From: the human T2T-CHM13v2.0 reference genome, Homo sapiens
Length of the DNA stretch: 64,000 nt
Assembly: GCF_009914755.1 (NCBI RefSeq)
Contig: NC_060930.1
Direction: 5' to 3' (one strand)
Each line of letters begins with the position of its first letter. Within the stretch, counting starts at the first letter, position 1. Below are positions 1-12,821 of this stretch, in pieces. The notes beneath the pieces were generated by a model. It searched no databases and had not been told where the DNA came from. It saw nothing but the letters and a program-made list of their open reading frames with translations. The translations under genes were made by a program, and so were the position numbers.

Positions 1-892
1 AGAAAAAAATATGTGTATTTTAAAAACATGACAGAACATAAAATATGAAAGCATATGAAATTAGTTCTGGTAAAATGCAAATCACTATTCCATTGGCTCT
101 GCAAAGGTATAAAATTTATAAATATTATTATTAAGATAGAAAATATCCATAAAGAAAAATTAAAGGTGTAAACCTGTGGACGAATGCCCCACTATCACAG
201 CGGATGTGCCCCCAGTGCCAACTCCTTGTAACTCCACTGGCAAAACCACATTATTTATCAAGATGCCGAAGAGTTTGTCTCCCAACGGTCACCTATCCTT
301 CGCTTCAATATTTGTTGAACCCTTTATTTGTTGGGTACAACTAATTCTTTCTTCTAATGGTCTTTCTCAACATAGCCCCACCCAAACCTCCTCATTCCCC
401 ACCCCATCTCTCTACCACCAGCTTAGCACTGTGGACGTAACCATCTGCCATTTCAAGATATAGACTTATTTTTCTTAACAAACTTTATTTTTGATCACAT
501 GTTTAAAGTTTATTCACAGTTCAATTTATTCCTTTTTGTGAAAAAAATACATAATTTGTCAAATTAAGTTGTATTAAGTTATTTCTTAGTTACAGCTCTA
601 CTTAGCACTTTTAGTCTTCATCTTTCTTTTAACTATAAGTAACTCACAACTCTCAATGTGTTTATGGCCAGAAGTCAAGATACTTTTTAGATTTCTTAAC
701 TAAAGCTAGAAGACTGACAATGAAGTTCAATCCTGGATCAATGTCCAGCAACATCATATAACAGGAGGAAAACCTTGGGACACTGACTCCAGCTAAAGTT
801 TAAAAGACAAAAACCAAGACTTTAATATCCTAAAATTAAAGTAATGACACTCAATTTAAGGACACAACTTAGTAGACATGGGTGGGTTGACT

Positions 893-976
893 ATGTGTGT
901 GTGTACATGTGTGTATGTGTGTGTACATGTGTGTATGTGTGTGTGTACCTGTGTGTATGCATGTGTGTATATGTAC
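893..976. repeat. Imperfect (TG)n/(TGTGTA)n microsatellite
   Basis: atgtgtgtgtgtacatgtgtgtatgtgtgt... read directly; explains the V/C/Y-rich ORF 844-1041. Confidence 0.9.
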
Positions 977-1441
977 TTATGAGACAAAAGTACTCAAAAT
1001 GTACAAAAATATCTATGTACGCAACTGGATTTCTGTTGTAGATAATGATCAAATATTGATGTAGGAAAGAGCTATTAATAAATTATTGATTTAGATGAGT
1101 AAGTTTATTGTATGTGGGTTTATTTCAAGGTGAATTTTCTTAGGATTTAATTTCCTAATGAGAGGCGTAAGACATTCAAGCAATAGCTGGATTTCACACT
1201 TATTAAGAAATCCAATGTGTATAAAATGCATATATAATAAATTATACATACTAACAGATGCTAATGAGAGAAACCAACACACCTGTTGTGTAAACAAACA
1301 ATTTGCATTAGGAAATGAACCTCTGTGAAACATCTGTACTGGGTGGGTGATTGAGCAAAGGAACAGAAAAATTCACATGATTTTATTGCTCCTGGTTTCA
1401 TCACTCTATTCTGAATTCCTGATGCTTTTTCTAGCTTAAGC

Positions 1442-1830
1442 TTATTCATCAAAGATTTGATAAGGTCCTACTATATGCTTTACTGTATTAAGTGCTTTGA
1501 GGAAAATCCATATGAAAATTAGGTCCCTTCCCTCAAGAAGACTTCTACAAGTTGCAATAATCCAAGGCAAATGCAATATGTGATACAGTGGAAGTACGTA
1601 CAAAATACTAAGAATATAAATGCAGAGAGAGTGATATCAAAGGCATTCTATGAAGCTTAATATAGGCAGATTCACTGTGATAGGGGGATTAAGGAGGGTT
1701 TCCAGAAAGATTTTACGTGGAGTGAGTTCTTCAAGCTCAGACAGGATTGGAGGAAAGGATACTGCAGATAAAAAGGCAGAAAGAGCAAAATTATAGATCA
1801 TGTTTAGGGAATGAAAAATGTTGCAGTATT
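1442..1830 (-). mobile_element. L2 LINE 3' fragment, highly diverged
   Basis: ttattcatcaaagatttgataaggtcctactatatgc...ggtcccttccctcaagaag resembles the reverse complement of the L2 3' end. Confidence 0.55.
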
Positions 1831-2783
1831 ACAGGCTTTTTTATGTTTATCTGTACCCTATATTTTTTTGTCATGAAATATTTCGCTTTCTGAATGTGTT
1901 TAGAAACTAGGGACTGTGGATTAAGGTTTTAATAAGGAATGAAACAGCAGAGGCCAGACTGTGAAAGACGGCAAAGGAAATCCGGGTAAGATAATTTATT
2001 TTATCATGTAATAAGATAATATCAAAGTTCTCAGAACAGAGAGTAATTAGATCAAGCCTGCTTGGAGGCAGGGAGAAGAGAAGGGAGTATTGCAAGCAGC
2101 TTAGACACCATCTCTGAGGTACAGCATTGCTGTCACACAGTGAGCACGTAACCACATGCCAGGACTGTACCATGGACCGCCCCTTAAATCCCCTCAACAG
2201 CCATGTGTCAGCAGGACTATAAGCATTAGCCTGCTTTTCAGATGGAACTGAAGCACTAAGGGGATACTGAGGGGTAGAGAGAACAAGTTATCTGTTGGTC
2301 TAACATGATGAGCATATGTAGCTCATGCCTTCAAAACCTGTGCTGCTTCCAAGGGGAGATAAGTGATTATGAGCATCAAGGTCTACTCAAATATTGGACC
2401 TTATGATCTTGAGTCCCTCTAAATTGCCTCTCACCATATTTCCATTAGCCACTTCACCAACCTCCAGTCCATCCTCATTATAACAAAAATTACCTCAGTC
2501 TCTCAGTGCTGGGTTGTTCTCCCCAGCAAACTTCCCAGTGGAGGCACTGCTCATCATGCCGTTGTTTGGTTCACAGATCCTTACTGCCTTGATCTTTTTC
2601 CCATGCCAACCCATCAAATCCATTCCCTTCACCCTCTCTGAACATGAGCCCGCCACTCTACGTAAAGGGCTATGAAAATCTTCAATGTCCTGCAGACATC
2701 ACTCAATCAACTGTTATTTCCTCAGTAGTAACTGAATGCTCAAAACTGTGCTAAAATAGAAAAAAGAGAAATAAAACCTAAGA

Positions 2784-3078
2784 GGCCAGGCGTGGTGGCT
2801 CATGCCTGTAGTCCTAACACTTTGGGAGGCCAAGGCAGGCAGATCACTTGAGGTCGGGAGTTCGAGACCAGCCTGACCAACATGGAGAAACCTGGTCTCT
2901 ACTAAAAATACAAAACTAGCCAGGCTTGGTGGTGCATGTCTGTAATCCCAGCTACTCAGGAGACTGAGGCAGGAAAATCTCTTGAACCTGGGAGGTGGAG
3001 GTTGCGGTGAGCCGAGATTGCACTCCAGGGCAACAAGAGTGAAACTCCGTCTCAAAAAACAAACAAACAAACAAACAA
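2784..3078 (+). mobile_element. Alu, AluSp-like, (CAAA)n tail, small right-arm deletions
   Basis: ggccaggcgtggtggctcatgcctgta...; gcctgaccaacatggagaaacc and gcaacaagagtgaaactcc are Sp-type diagnostics. Confidence 0.95.
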
Positions 3079-3140
3079 CCCTATGGAACAGATGTTGCCT
3101 TTTGAACAGTTTTATTCCATTCATTAGAAAGATAGCTATG

Positions 3141-3528
3141 TGTATTAGTCTGTTCTTGCACTGCTATAAAGACATACCTGTGACTGGGTAATTTACAATG
3201 ATAAGAGATTTAATTGACTCACTGTACTGCAGGCTGTACAGGACGCATGGCTGGGGAGTCCTGAGGAAACTTTTAATTATGGCAGAAAGGAAAGGGGAAG
3301 CAGGCACATCTTCACATAGCTGGTTGAGGAGGAAGAGAGGGAGGGAAGAGGTGCCACAGACTTTTAAACAGCCAGATCTTGTGATAACACAATCACTAGC
3401 AGAAGAACAGCACCAAAAAGGAAATCTGCCCCGATGATCCAATCACTTCCCACTAGTCTCTACGTTCAACATTGGGGATTACAATCTGACATGAGATTTA
3501 GTTGGGGACACAGACCCAAACTATATCA
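3141..3528 (-). mobile_element. MaLR solo LTR (MSTA/THE1D-like)
   Basis: tgtattagtctgttcttgcactgctataaag...cagacccaaactatatca; 5-bp TSD ctatg (3136-3140) / ctacg (3529-3533), one CpG-type change. Confidence 0.9.
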
Positions 3529-4059
3529 CTACGTTTGTAAGATGAGCACAAGAAGGAAGACAAATATGTCTCTGTGTGTGTCTTCATTCCTATGTGAGTT
3601 TTAACTACCAAGCCTGTTCTCAAAGCCCTCTTCATTCATAAATGTCTGAACATTAACAGGATGGATATAGTGGGCAAATGAATATTTTGAATTCCTAAAT
3701 AAAAGATTGTCGATAGATAAAGTCAACTCCAGATAGTAGATTCTGCCTAGCCCTAAGACCAATATGGCTAGGTGCTATGAAATGTTAGAGTGAGGATAGA
3801 AGATATAGGTGTGAATTGTTTAAGATGGAACATATGGAATAATCTAATGGTTAGAGACATCAAGAGAGGCGCTTCCTAAGTGTTTTCTGGAAACAAAGAA
3901 AACTTTAGGAGTTCTCTGAAGTATATGTTCTTTGCAAAAATATCTGTAATGCCTTGCCTGTTTTAAGCGAATTAATGGTAGCCTAATATTTCACCTCTCC
4001 CAAAAGAGTTAACTTTTTTTCTAAGATAAACAATGAGATTAACAATGTGAAAATGTGAC

Positions 4060-4352
4060 GACTGGGTTCAGTGGCTCATGCCTGTAATCCCAACACTTCG
4101 GGAGGCCAAGGCAGACAGATCCCTGGAGCCCAGGAGTTGGAAACCAGTCTGGGCAACATGGTGAAATCCCATCTCTACTAAAAATACAAAAAGTTAGCCT
4201 GGCATGGTGGCACATGCCTGTAGACCCAGCTACTCTGGAGTGTGAGGTGGGAGAATCACCTGAGCCTAGGAAGTCGAGACTGCAGTGAGCCATAATCTCA
4301 CCATTATACTCCAGCCTGAGCAACAGGAGTGAGACCCTGCCTCAAAAAAAAA
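4060..4352 (+). mobile_element. Alu, AluJ-like
   Basis: Dimeric Alu with J-type features (gagcccaggagtt, gactgcagtgagccataat, gagaccctgcctc) and A tail. Confidence 0.92.
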
Positions 4353-4683
4353 GTTTAAAAGTCTGTCTTATATTTCTGAGTGTTTATGTGGATTTAAACT
4401 TGCTTAATCATTTCAAGCCCCACTTCAAAGAGCAGATACTAGAGCTCTTCAGATTCACAGGCCTATCTCACCTCTTATATGTGGAAGCACTGAAGAAGGT
4501 CTCACACAACAATCACTCAGTAGGGAAGTAGAGGTCACAAAACTAAGGACAATCTAAAGACTGGCTTGTTGTTTAATAAGAAACACTAAAAGAATGTAGT
4601 ATTGATATGAAAAACAATGCTCTCCTAATATTGGCTTTATCACTAAGCATCTCTAATATTTTCAGTACACATTTTCATATGGA

Positions 4684-4763
4684 CTTTTTATAGCCTTTAT
4701 ATTTTTAGAACAGTTTTGGTTTCACAACAAAATTGAAAGTATAAAATTATCCTATGTACCCCC
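4684..4763 (-). mobile_element. Short L1MA/L1MB 3'-end fragment
   Basis: tttttagaacagttttggtttcacaacaaaattga...cctatgtacccc resembles an antisense L1M 3' terminus. Confidence 0.5.
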
Positions 4764-5063
4764 AAATGGACTTCTAAAAAGCCTAAATAAATAATTTTTC
4801 AGTGTAGAATTTTCATAATTGAGTTAAACGGAAGGTATATCCCAGTCATTATTCTTAGTTGCACACAACATAATCCACTCCATATGCTTTTAACAGAAAT
4901 GTTTTAAAGATATGAAAGTGGGCATAGAGGTTAACGTAAAATAGAGAGTTCGGAATAGAGTCAAGAAATAAACTCAGACATGTATAAAAATTTTGCCAAG
5001 ATAAATGAATGTGTAAAAGAAAGCCTTTTCAACAAATGCTGCTGAAACATCTGGAGACATGTA

Positions 5064-5170
5064 AAAAGAGAGAGAGGAGGAGAAGGAGGAAGAGGAGGAG
5101 AAGGAAGGGGAGGGAGAGGAGGAGGAGAAGGAGGATGAAGGGAGGAAGGGAAGAAAGAAAGAGAAGAAAG
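5064..5170. repeat. Polypurine (GGA/GAA)-rich low-complexity tract
   Basis: gagagaggaggagaaggaggaagaggaggag...; explains R-rich and S-rich ORFs 4974-5308. Confidence 0.9.
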
Positions 5171-6073
5171 GATATCTCAACTTTTGCCTCACTTTGTAAT
5201 CTAAAGTTAAAATGTATCATAGAACTAAATGTCAGACCTAAATCTACAACGTTTTTAGAAAAAAAGATAAAAACAATTTATGATCATGGGCTAAGAATAA
5301 ATTTCTAAGACAATAAGCAAAAAGCACAACACAGATGGTTGAAGATTTGCTTTCCACAAATTCAAATATTTTGCTCTTTGACAATCATTTAAAAATGAAA
5401 AAGGCAATCTGCATACAGAAGCAAATACTTTAAAGAGATAAATATTTAAATATAAATATTATTTCCAATAAATATCTTGTATCCAAAATATAGCATATAG
5501 AGAACTCTTACAAACTCAATGATAGAAGACAAACAACCAAACCGAAAAAAATGGACAAAAGATTAAGACCTTTTTTCAAAGAAAATATACCAGTGCCTAA
5601 TAAGCACAAGCTGCTCCACACCAGTAGTTATTAGGTAAATGCAAACTACAATTGCAGTGATACACCACTACATCTGCACTACGACGGCTGAAAATAAAAA
5701 GAGTGCCTGTGTTATATGTTGGCAAAGATATGCAGCAACTAGAACTCTCATACGTTGCTCGTGGTTATACTAAACAGTACAACCACAACCATTTTGGAAA
5801 AGAGTTTGACATTTTCCTGCAGTGCTAAGCATTCATTTACTATACTTTAAACTTATTTTTACACGAAGGCTATTCATAGCCACAAAAAAGTAAATGACCC
5901 AAAAGTCCATCAACAGGCAAAGGGACAAACAAAATGTGATAAACCCATACAGTGCAATATTATTCAACAATAAAAAATAAAAACCTACTAAATAGAAAGC
6001 AACATGGAAAAAACTCAAAAACATTACAATGAGATACCACCAGACAAAATAGAATAGCAAAGTCGTAGTGACA

Positions 6074-6146
6074 GAAAAGATATCAGTAGTTGCCAGGGGT
6101 GAGGGACATGATGTCCCTCACCCCTGGCAACTACTGATATCTTTTC
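6074..6146. repeat. Perfect inverted repeat, 36-bp arms, 1-nt spacer
   Basis: gaaaagatatcagtagttgccaggggtgagggacat (6074-6109), g, atgtccctcacccctggcaactactgatatcttttc (6111-6146); checked base by base, 36/36. Confidence 0.98.
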
Positions 6147-6524
6147 AGTAACTGAAAGGCACAGAAGGGAACGTTCGGATTGGTGAAAATGTTCTATATC
6201 ATGATTATAGTGGTAGTTATATGATCAAGAATATCTACAAAAACTCACTGAATTGTAACTAAAAATTTCTGAATCTTTTTATATTCAGAAATTCTGTAAC
6301 TTCTGTAACTTACACCTCACTAAAGCTTAATTTACAAAAACAAAATACAAAGAAACACACACACACAAAGCCAAATCCATGATTTGAAAGAAATTTACCC
6401 ATTTTTCCTGAAGATCTTCACTTGAAGCACCAAAAGAAGTATGCATTCAAACATAAATTAAATAATGTTTTTCAGCATGTTAAGAATAGTTATGATTTAA
6501 TCTATAATCTGAGTGTATCTAGAA

Positions 6525-6678
6525 TTTCATTGTCCAGTATAGCAGCCACCAGTACCTTGGGGTCTACTTAAATCTAAATTAATTAACAATAAAAAGAAGT
6601 CAAAGGTCCTCAGTCATGCCCTGCACATGTCAAGAGTTCAATGGCCACTGCAGAAAGGCCTAATTGGATGGCATGAAT
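6525..6678. mobile_element. MER3/MER33-like hAT-Charlie fossil
   Basis: ttgtccagtatagcagccacc...aaattaattaacaataaaaag...tcctcagtcatgccctgcacatgtcaagagttcaatggccac...attggatggca. Confidence 0.7.
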
Positions 6679-7904
6679 CTAAAATGACTCTCAAGGAAAG
6701 CCCATTTTTTTCCAGATCCAAATGGAAAAAGAGGTTAATTCTCCATTTTTTCCAGGCCTATACCAAATGTAATAGAAGCAGAAGTATGTAGAACTAGCAT
6801 ATGTCTAGGCTACGGGGTGGGAACTAAAATCTCTCCACGTTTCATATCTTTAGAGAGAGAGAAGTGATTGCTTCAGAGGTTTCTGGTTAGAACACAGGCA
6901 GGTAGTCATGGAAAGTAACCAATTCTGCCATGCGGTCTGACTAGAGCCCTGAGATGAAGGTCTGTGGAGTTGTGAGCAGAGTGAATATGCAGGGAGACGT
7001 GAAGGCAGAAGGAAGGGCAGGTTTGGCTGGATGCTTGCAATCCCCTCAAGCATCAGGATTCATTGTCTTCTTAGTAGAATTTCTCCATAGGCAAAAGGTC
7101 GATTCCTTTCCGTTTATCTCTCTTTCTTTTTAAACTATGTGCCTAAGAACTATGACATGCTCCTACCAGAGAAATGTGTTTACTGATTCTCAATTCAATG
7201 AGTTCATGGATAGGAATGCTAATTATATGAAAATAACGTATCTCATATGGACTGTCCTTGGATTAAACATAAAAGCAGGCGCCAGTTTGTAATAATCCTT
7301 CCCTTTGGGACTTCTAATAGTTTCTACTATGTATTTCTGAAGTAAACTTTATGTACAGTGATGATTTGAATGTTAATGTCTTGCCCTTTTATAGAATCTG
7401 TTTTCTAAATTTCTCATGATGTAAAGACTGAATATTCACATATTTTTCATTTCCGAATGTTGGAGCTTTTTCTAAAAATTGTTCAATAGTTATAATGCAG
7501 TTTTCTGCTTTAAAGAGACATATAAGATTATTATTGTGGAGAAATTCTGTGAAACAATGGTATGTTATTGGGAAATTTTTAAATTAAATATTTTATTCAT
7601 TTTACTTCCCATGCATTCAAATTTCAAGTGGCGCTTCTTATAAGTCCTCCCATCATTTATGAGATGAAGCTGCCGCTGGGAAGGCTGACATTTCTCAAGG
7701 GTTATTTATCAAGCCGTTGGGTGTGTTTTCCATTTTTATTGCTGGTCATGCTCTAATGCCTCTGTAGAAGAGATAGCGAAATTGAAATTGGATGCATCCT
7801 ATCTCTCCAGCCAGCTGAGAGCTGGCAACCTGGAAAAAAATTGTAGTATGTAGCTCTCCCTCTTTTAAAGCAAAGACCAGAAGTATCTTAACTCCTGGGA
7901 AACA

Positions 7905-8170
7905 TAGACTCCACCACCTATTTGCAAATGATAGCAGGTCCAAACTTCTTAACATACCATTGAAGGACCTCGGATATCTGACTTCTACATAACTTTCTCA
8001 GCTCAACTCCCACTGTGTCACCAGCATTTCCTCAACATCCCCTTTTGTGTCCTATTTACTCTGCCTCTGAGTTGCTCCTCATACTCTACTCTCAACGATT
8101 TCCACCTCCACTTCTGCTCTGCCCATGGAATTTTTTCAGGATTAATCTTCAATAGTCTTATCTCTAATGA
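7905..8170 (+). mobile_element. L2 fragment, degraded
   Basis: ggtccaaacttcttaacataccattgaaggacctc...ctttctcagctcaactccc resembles L2 3' region. Confidence 0.4.
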
Positions 8171-8379
8171 GTCTACTTAATAAATTAGCAGAAATTGTCA
8201 TAAAGGAATCATTTGCTAGTGAACATATATTCGGTCATATATAATAGAGAATATCAGTTAATGCCCCTGAAAGATGATTTACTAAGCAAATGTTCTGTTC
8301 CATACACTTGCTTTCAGTCACAAGTAACAACAGTAACAATAAAATAATCAAACATTGATTTTAAAAATAAAAGATTTAT

Positions 8380-8600
8380 TTATCTCCCACAAATAGGAAT
8401 ACTCGGTGCAGGCTGATACAGTGGTTCAGCAATATAAAGGATTTGGGCTCCTTTTATCTTCCTGCTCTGATATTTTACTGTGGGACTGTGGTTCCTTTGG
8501 CAACAAAGTTCTAGTCCACCTCCACACGTCTTTCTTATTCCAGGTAAGAAAAATGGGGAAAGGGAGGCAACATTCAGAATGGTGGCATAAGAACCCCTGA
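8380..8600 (-). mobile_element. Old MaLR (MLT1J/K-like) LTR fragment
   Basis: ggctgatacagtggttcagcaat...ggctccttttatcttcctgctctg...ttccagg resembles old MLT1 LTRs; weak. Confidence 0.35.
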
Positions 8601-8609
8601 AGATATGCT

Positions 8610-10630
8610 TCTTCACGAAAGCAATGAGAACACCAGCAAAAATGGCAAATCAACGTTTTAAGAACTCAGCAACATTAACACAATCTAGATGGGGAGGAGA
8701 AATCTGATTTCCTGAGTTGCCACATTGTATTATTTAAAATTTCCATTTTTGATGAAAACAAATACAAAACATGCAAAGAAATAGTACATTATGACACATG
8801 TACAGGAAAAGCTAGTAAGTCGAAACTATCCCTGAGGAAGACCAAAGTTCAGGCTTACTAAAAAAGAACATTAAATCACCTGGTTCAAATATGTTCAAAA
8901 TCTAAAAGCAACCATGTCTAAAAAACTAAAGTAAAATATAAGAGCACTGTTTCACTAAATAGAAATTATCTTTTAAGATAGGAAGTAGAAAAATGTACCA
9001 AATAGAAATTCTAGAGTTATGTACAATAACTTAACTGAGATGTTTATTAGAGGCTCAACATTAGATTTGAGGTGGCAGAAGAAAAATCAGGGAACTTTAA
9101 GGTAAGTCCATCAAGATTGTCCAGGCTTAGGTACAAAACTAAGAAAGAATGGGAAAAAATGAACAGAACTCAGAGATATCTGTGGGACACCATTAAATCT
9201 ATCAAATGCACTTAATGTTAGTACTAGGAAAACAGGCAAGAAAAAAAGGGACAGACAGAATATTTAAAGAAATAATGTCCAAAAAAGTCACAAATTTGGT
9301 TAAAAAATAATCTGAACATCTGAACTTGGAGTTCAATAAACTCCAAGTGGAAAATATTCAGAGATCTTGACAAATACACATCATAATCAACCTGTCAAAG
9401 ACAAAGAGAGAAACTTAAAGCAGCAAGAAAGAAGCAAATTGCCATGTACAAGATCGCCTCAAAAATATTAACAGCTGATATCTCATGGAGATCAGAAGAT
9501 AATGGAATAACACACGCAAAGTGCTGAAAGAAAAAGAATGTGAACCAAGAATTCCTAATTCAGCAAAACTATTTTTCAGAATGAAGACGAAATTAATACA
9601 TTTCCAGATAAAACTGAGTTTGTTGCTAGCATGCATCTTTTAAGGAAATATTGAAGGGAATTCTTTAGTGTGAAATGAAAATACACCTAGACAGTAACTT
9701 AAATCCATATAAATATATATGGTAAAGGCAACTATGTAGGTAAATATAAAAGACAGCATAAACAGACTTTTTGCTTATAACTATTTTATCCTCTTATCTA
9801 ATTCAAAAGACAACTGCACAAAATAATAATAAAATTATGTTGATTTGTTTGTACCATATAACATTAAAATTGGTATTACAACAATATTACAGCAGAGAGT
9901 AAAATCCATAGGAGCAAAATTTTTGCATACTACCAAATTTAAATTGATATTAATAAAAACTAAAGTCTTATAAATTAAGATATTAATTGTAACTCCCAGG
10001 GGAACCTATAGGAATTAATTCAAGAAATATATAACAGCAACAGGGGAATTAAACTGATACACTATAAAATAGTTAACTCACACCAAAAAAGACATTAATG
10101 GAGAAACAGAAAAACACAAAAGATATAAACTATACAGAAAACAAATAGTAATTACAATAATTGATTTTACATTACATTAGTAATTATATTAAAAGTAATT
10201 GGATTAAATACTTCATTTCTAGGACAGAGATTGGTAGAATGGATTAAAAGAAGATGATCCAACAACATGTCAAGAGGAGCACTTTAGATTTAAAGACGCA
10301 AGTAGCTTAGAAGTAAATGTATGGAAAAATATATACCATGTATAGGGTAATGAAAGAGAGCTGGAGTGGCCAAATGAATATCTGAAAAAATATACTTTAT
10401 TAACATTTTTCACTAGAGGAAGAAAGGAAATTATATAATAACAAGACTAATCCATCAGAGAGAAATAACAATTATAAACATATTTGTACCTGAGAACAGA
10501 GTCCCAAAATACATGAGGCAAAAACTAACAGAATTGAAGGGTGCAATAGACAATTCAGAGATAATAGTTGAAGACTTCTATCCCACTTTTAATAATAGCT
10601 AGAAAAACTAGACAGAAGATCAACAAACTA
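8610..10630 (+). mobile_element. Old L1M 5' portion: decayed 5' region, ORF1 and start of ORF2 endonuclease
   Basis: A-rich strand; ORF1-like aaagtgctgaaagaaaaagaatgtgaaccaagaattcct; EN-like gacagagattggtagaatggattaaaag and aacagagtcccaaaatacatgaggcaaaaactaacagaattgaagg. Confidence 0.85.
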
Positions 10631-11239
10631 GAAAAAAGAAATTTTTTTTCAGCAGGTTTTACTGGAGATATTTGGTATAAACATAATTATAATGATAGTC
10701 TTGTTGTATTCCCAGGTTATAGATGGAAAAGAAATAAATTACAACTTGCAAACAAATGACATCAATAAGTAGTTTATATTCACTAATTATAAAATATGAG
10801 ATGGTATAAGTCATTCAAAATGAGCTCTGTAGAAAAAGTCATTAAATTATTTTATAAGTGGATGTTTTGTTGCTTTTCACAATTTTGTTTGAAGAGGAGT
10901 TCAAATTAAATTAACAAGTATCGAAAGAGAAAAATAGCTATCATATTGCATGAACATGTAATTGAGAAACAGATGTTGCTTCCATGTATGGAAAGAATAT
11001 GACTTGAAAAAGGGATTCTTATGACCAAAGGGCAACTAGGAGTGTAAACAATGAGGAAAACCAAGCTTGGCTTCACCTGCAAAAACTATTGGAAAACACG
11101 CAGCTCAGCTGGATTCCAGTGTAAAACCAAGGAAAGGAAGACTTGCAAATCTGTTTAAACAATGAATATTCTGTTCTTAAAGTCATAGTTTCAATACATT
11201 TTGGTGTGATTCCAAGATTTTTTTTTTAACCCTAGGAAT

Positions 11240-11505
11240 AGCAACTTCATGGTAGGTTTTTGAGTTATTGCGTATCTAAAAATGTCTTTAATGTTTTTCT
11301 GCATAAGAAGACAACTTCTCTGAGCATACAGCTTTTGAATAACAGCCATTTACCACACATGCACAAAAATGTTGACTATATCTTGATTGTCTTCTGAAAC
11401 TAGGTGCAGAGGAAACGATGGAGCCAACTTAAATTTTCATACCTGTGGATGTAAAATAGTCAGTCTTCTTTAACACCTACAGAATCTTTCTAAATTCTTT
11501 TAACT
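11240..11505 (-). mobile_element. Very old L1/HAL1 ORF1-region remnant
   Basis: tatctaaaaatgtctttaat...gattgtcttctg...gagccaacttaaattttc is typical of antisense L1/HAL1 ORF1; probably resumes after the Alu (about 11950-12290). Confidence 0.4.
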
Positions 11506-11519
11506 AAAAAGAAAAATAC

Positions 11520-11640
11520 CATAGTGGGAAAGGCTGTGTGTATGTGTTGGGCGGTGGCAATATAAAAATTCTCTGTACTTTCTGCCCAACTTTCCTATGA
11601 ACCTAATACTACTTTAATAAGTAAAGTCCATTTAAAAAGA
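11520..11640 (+). mobile_element. L1MC/L1MD 3' terminus
   Basis: ggctgtgtgtatgtgttgggc...ctctgtactttctgcccaactttcctatgaacctaatact...taaagtccatttaaaaa. Confidence 0.7.
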
Positions 11641-11647
11641 AAGAAGA

Positions 11648-12021
<374 letters not shown>

Positions 12022-12301
12022 TTATCATTTGGAGCTCTTTCACATTGCCTTAATTGTACTCTTAAATTTTTAAAATTTCACTGCAACTCTTTAATTTATG
12101 CATCTCTGTATTACCCTACTGAGATTTCCAGCTTCTCTCTTCTCTTCTTATGCATTACCACCCTGGTTTCTTAGACTTCATTTTATCCTACAGCCTATGG
12201 GGGAGGTTAAGCATTTTTCCACATTTTCTTCCTATTTATAGAATACAACAGTTGCAAAGTTTGTTAGATTTCCTCTGTGACTCAAGGTGTTATTCACTTG
12301 C

Positions 12302-12821
12302 TGTGATGATTAATGTTATGTGTCAGCTTGATTGGGAGACAGTATGTCCAGATATCTGGTTAAACATTACTTCTGGGTGTGTCTGTGAGATGTTTCCAGA
12401 AGAATTTGAGTTGGTGGACTGAATGAAGCAGATGGCCCTTCCCAATGTTTTTGGGCATCATCCAATCCATTGGGGGCCTGAATAGAAGAAAAAGGCAGAC
12501 GAAGGAGAATGGATTTGTCCTCCCTCTGCCTGCCTGCTTGAGCCAGGATACCAATCCTTTCCTGCCCTCAGTACTCCTGGTTCTCAGGCCTTCCAACCCA
12601 GACTGCAATCTACACCATTGACTCTCCAGCTCTCAGGCCTTCAAATTGCATAGCTGGCCTTTGTGGGTCTCCAGCTTGCACACAGCATATTGTGGGACTT
12701 CTCAGTCACTCTACATTACCGCATGAGCCAATATCCTATAATAAATGTCTTGATTAGATAAATAGATGGCTACATAGATAGCCTATTGGCTCTGTTTCTC
12801 TGGAAAGCTCTGGTTAATACA
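12302..12821 (+). mobile_element. ERVL solo LTR, MLT2 family (MLT2D/C-like)
   Basis: tgtgatgattaatgttatgtgtcagcttg...tctgtttctctggaaagctctggttaataca; TG...CA ends; perfect 5-bp TSD cttgc (12297-12301, 12822-12826). Confidence 0.9.

Larger units (their letters stand above)
4905..6345 (+). mobile_element. Old L1M (L1MC/MD/ME-like): ORF2 C-terminal part plus 3'UTR
   Basis: ccttttcaacaaatgctgctgaaac, gaactcttacaaactcaat, tgttggcaaagatatgcagcaactagaactctcatac, 3'UTR gaaaatgttctatatcatgatt...cctcactaaagc. Confidence 0.8.

Noticed and set aside
176-463. 95-aa ORF in unique sequence with a few CpGs
   Set aside because: GTG start, no recognisable homology or splice context.
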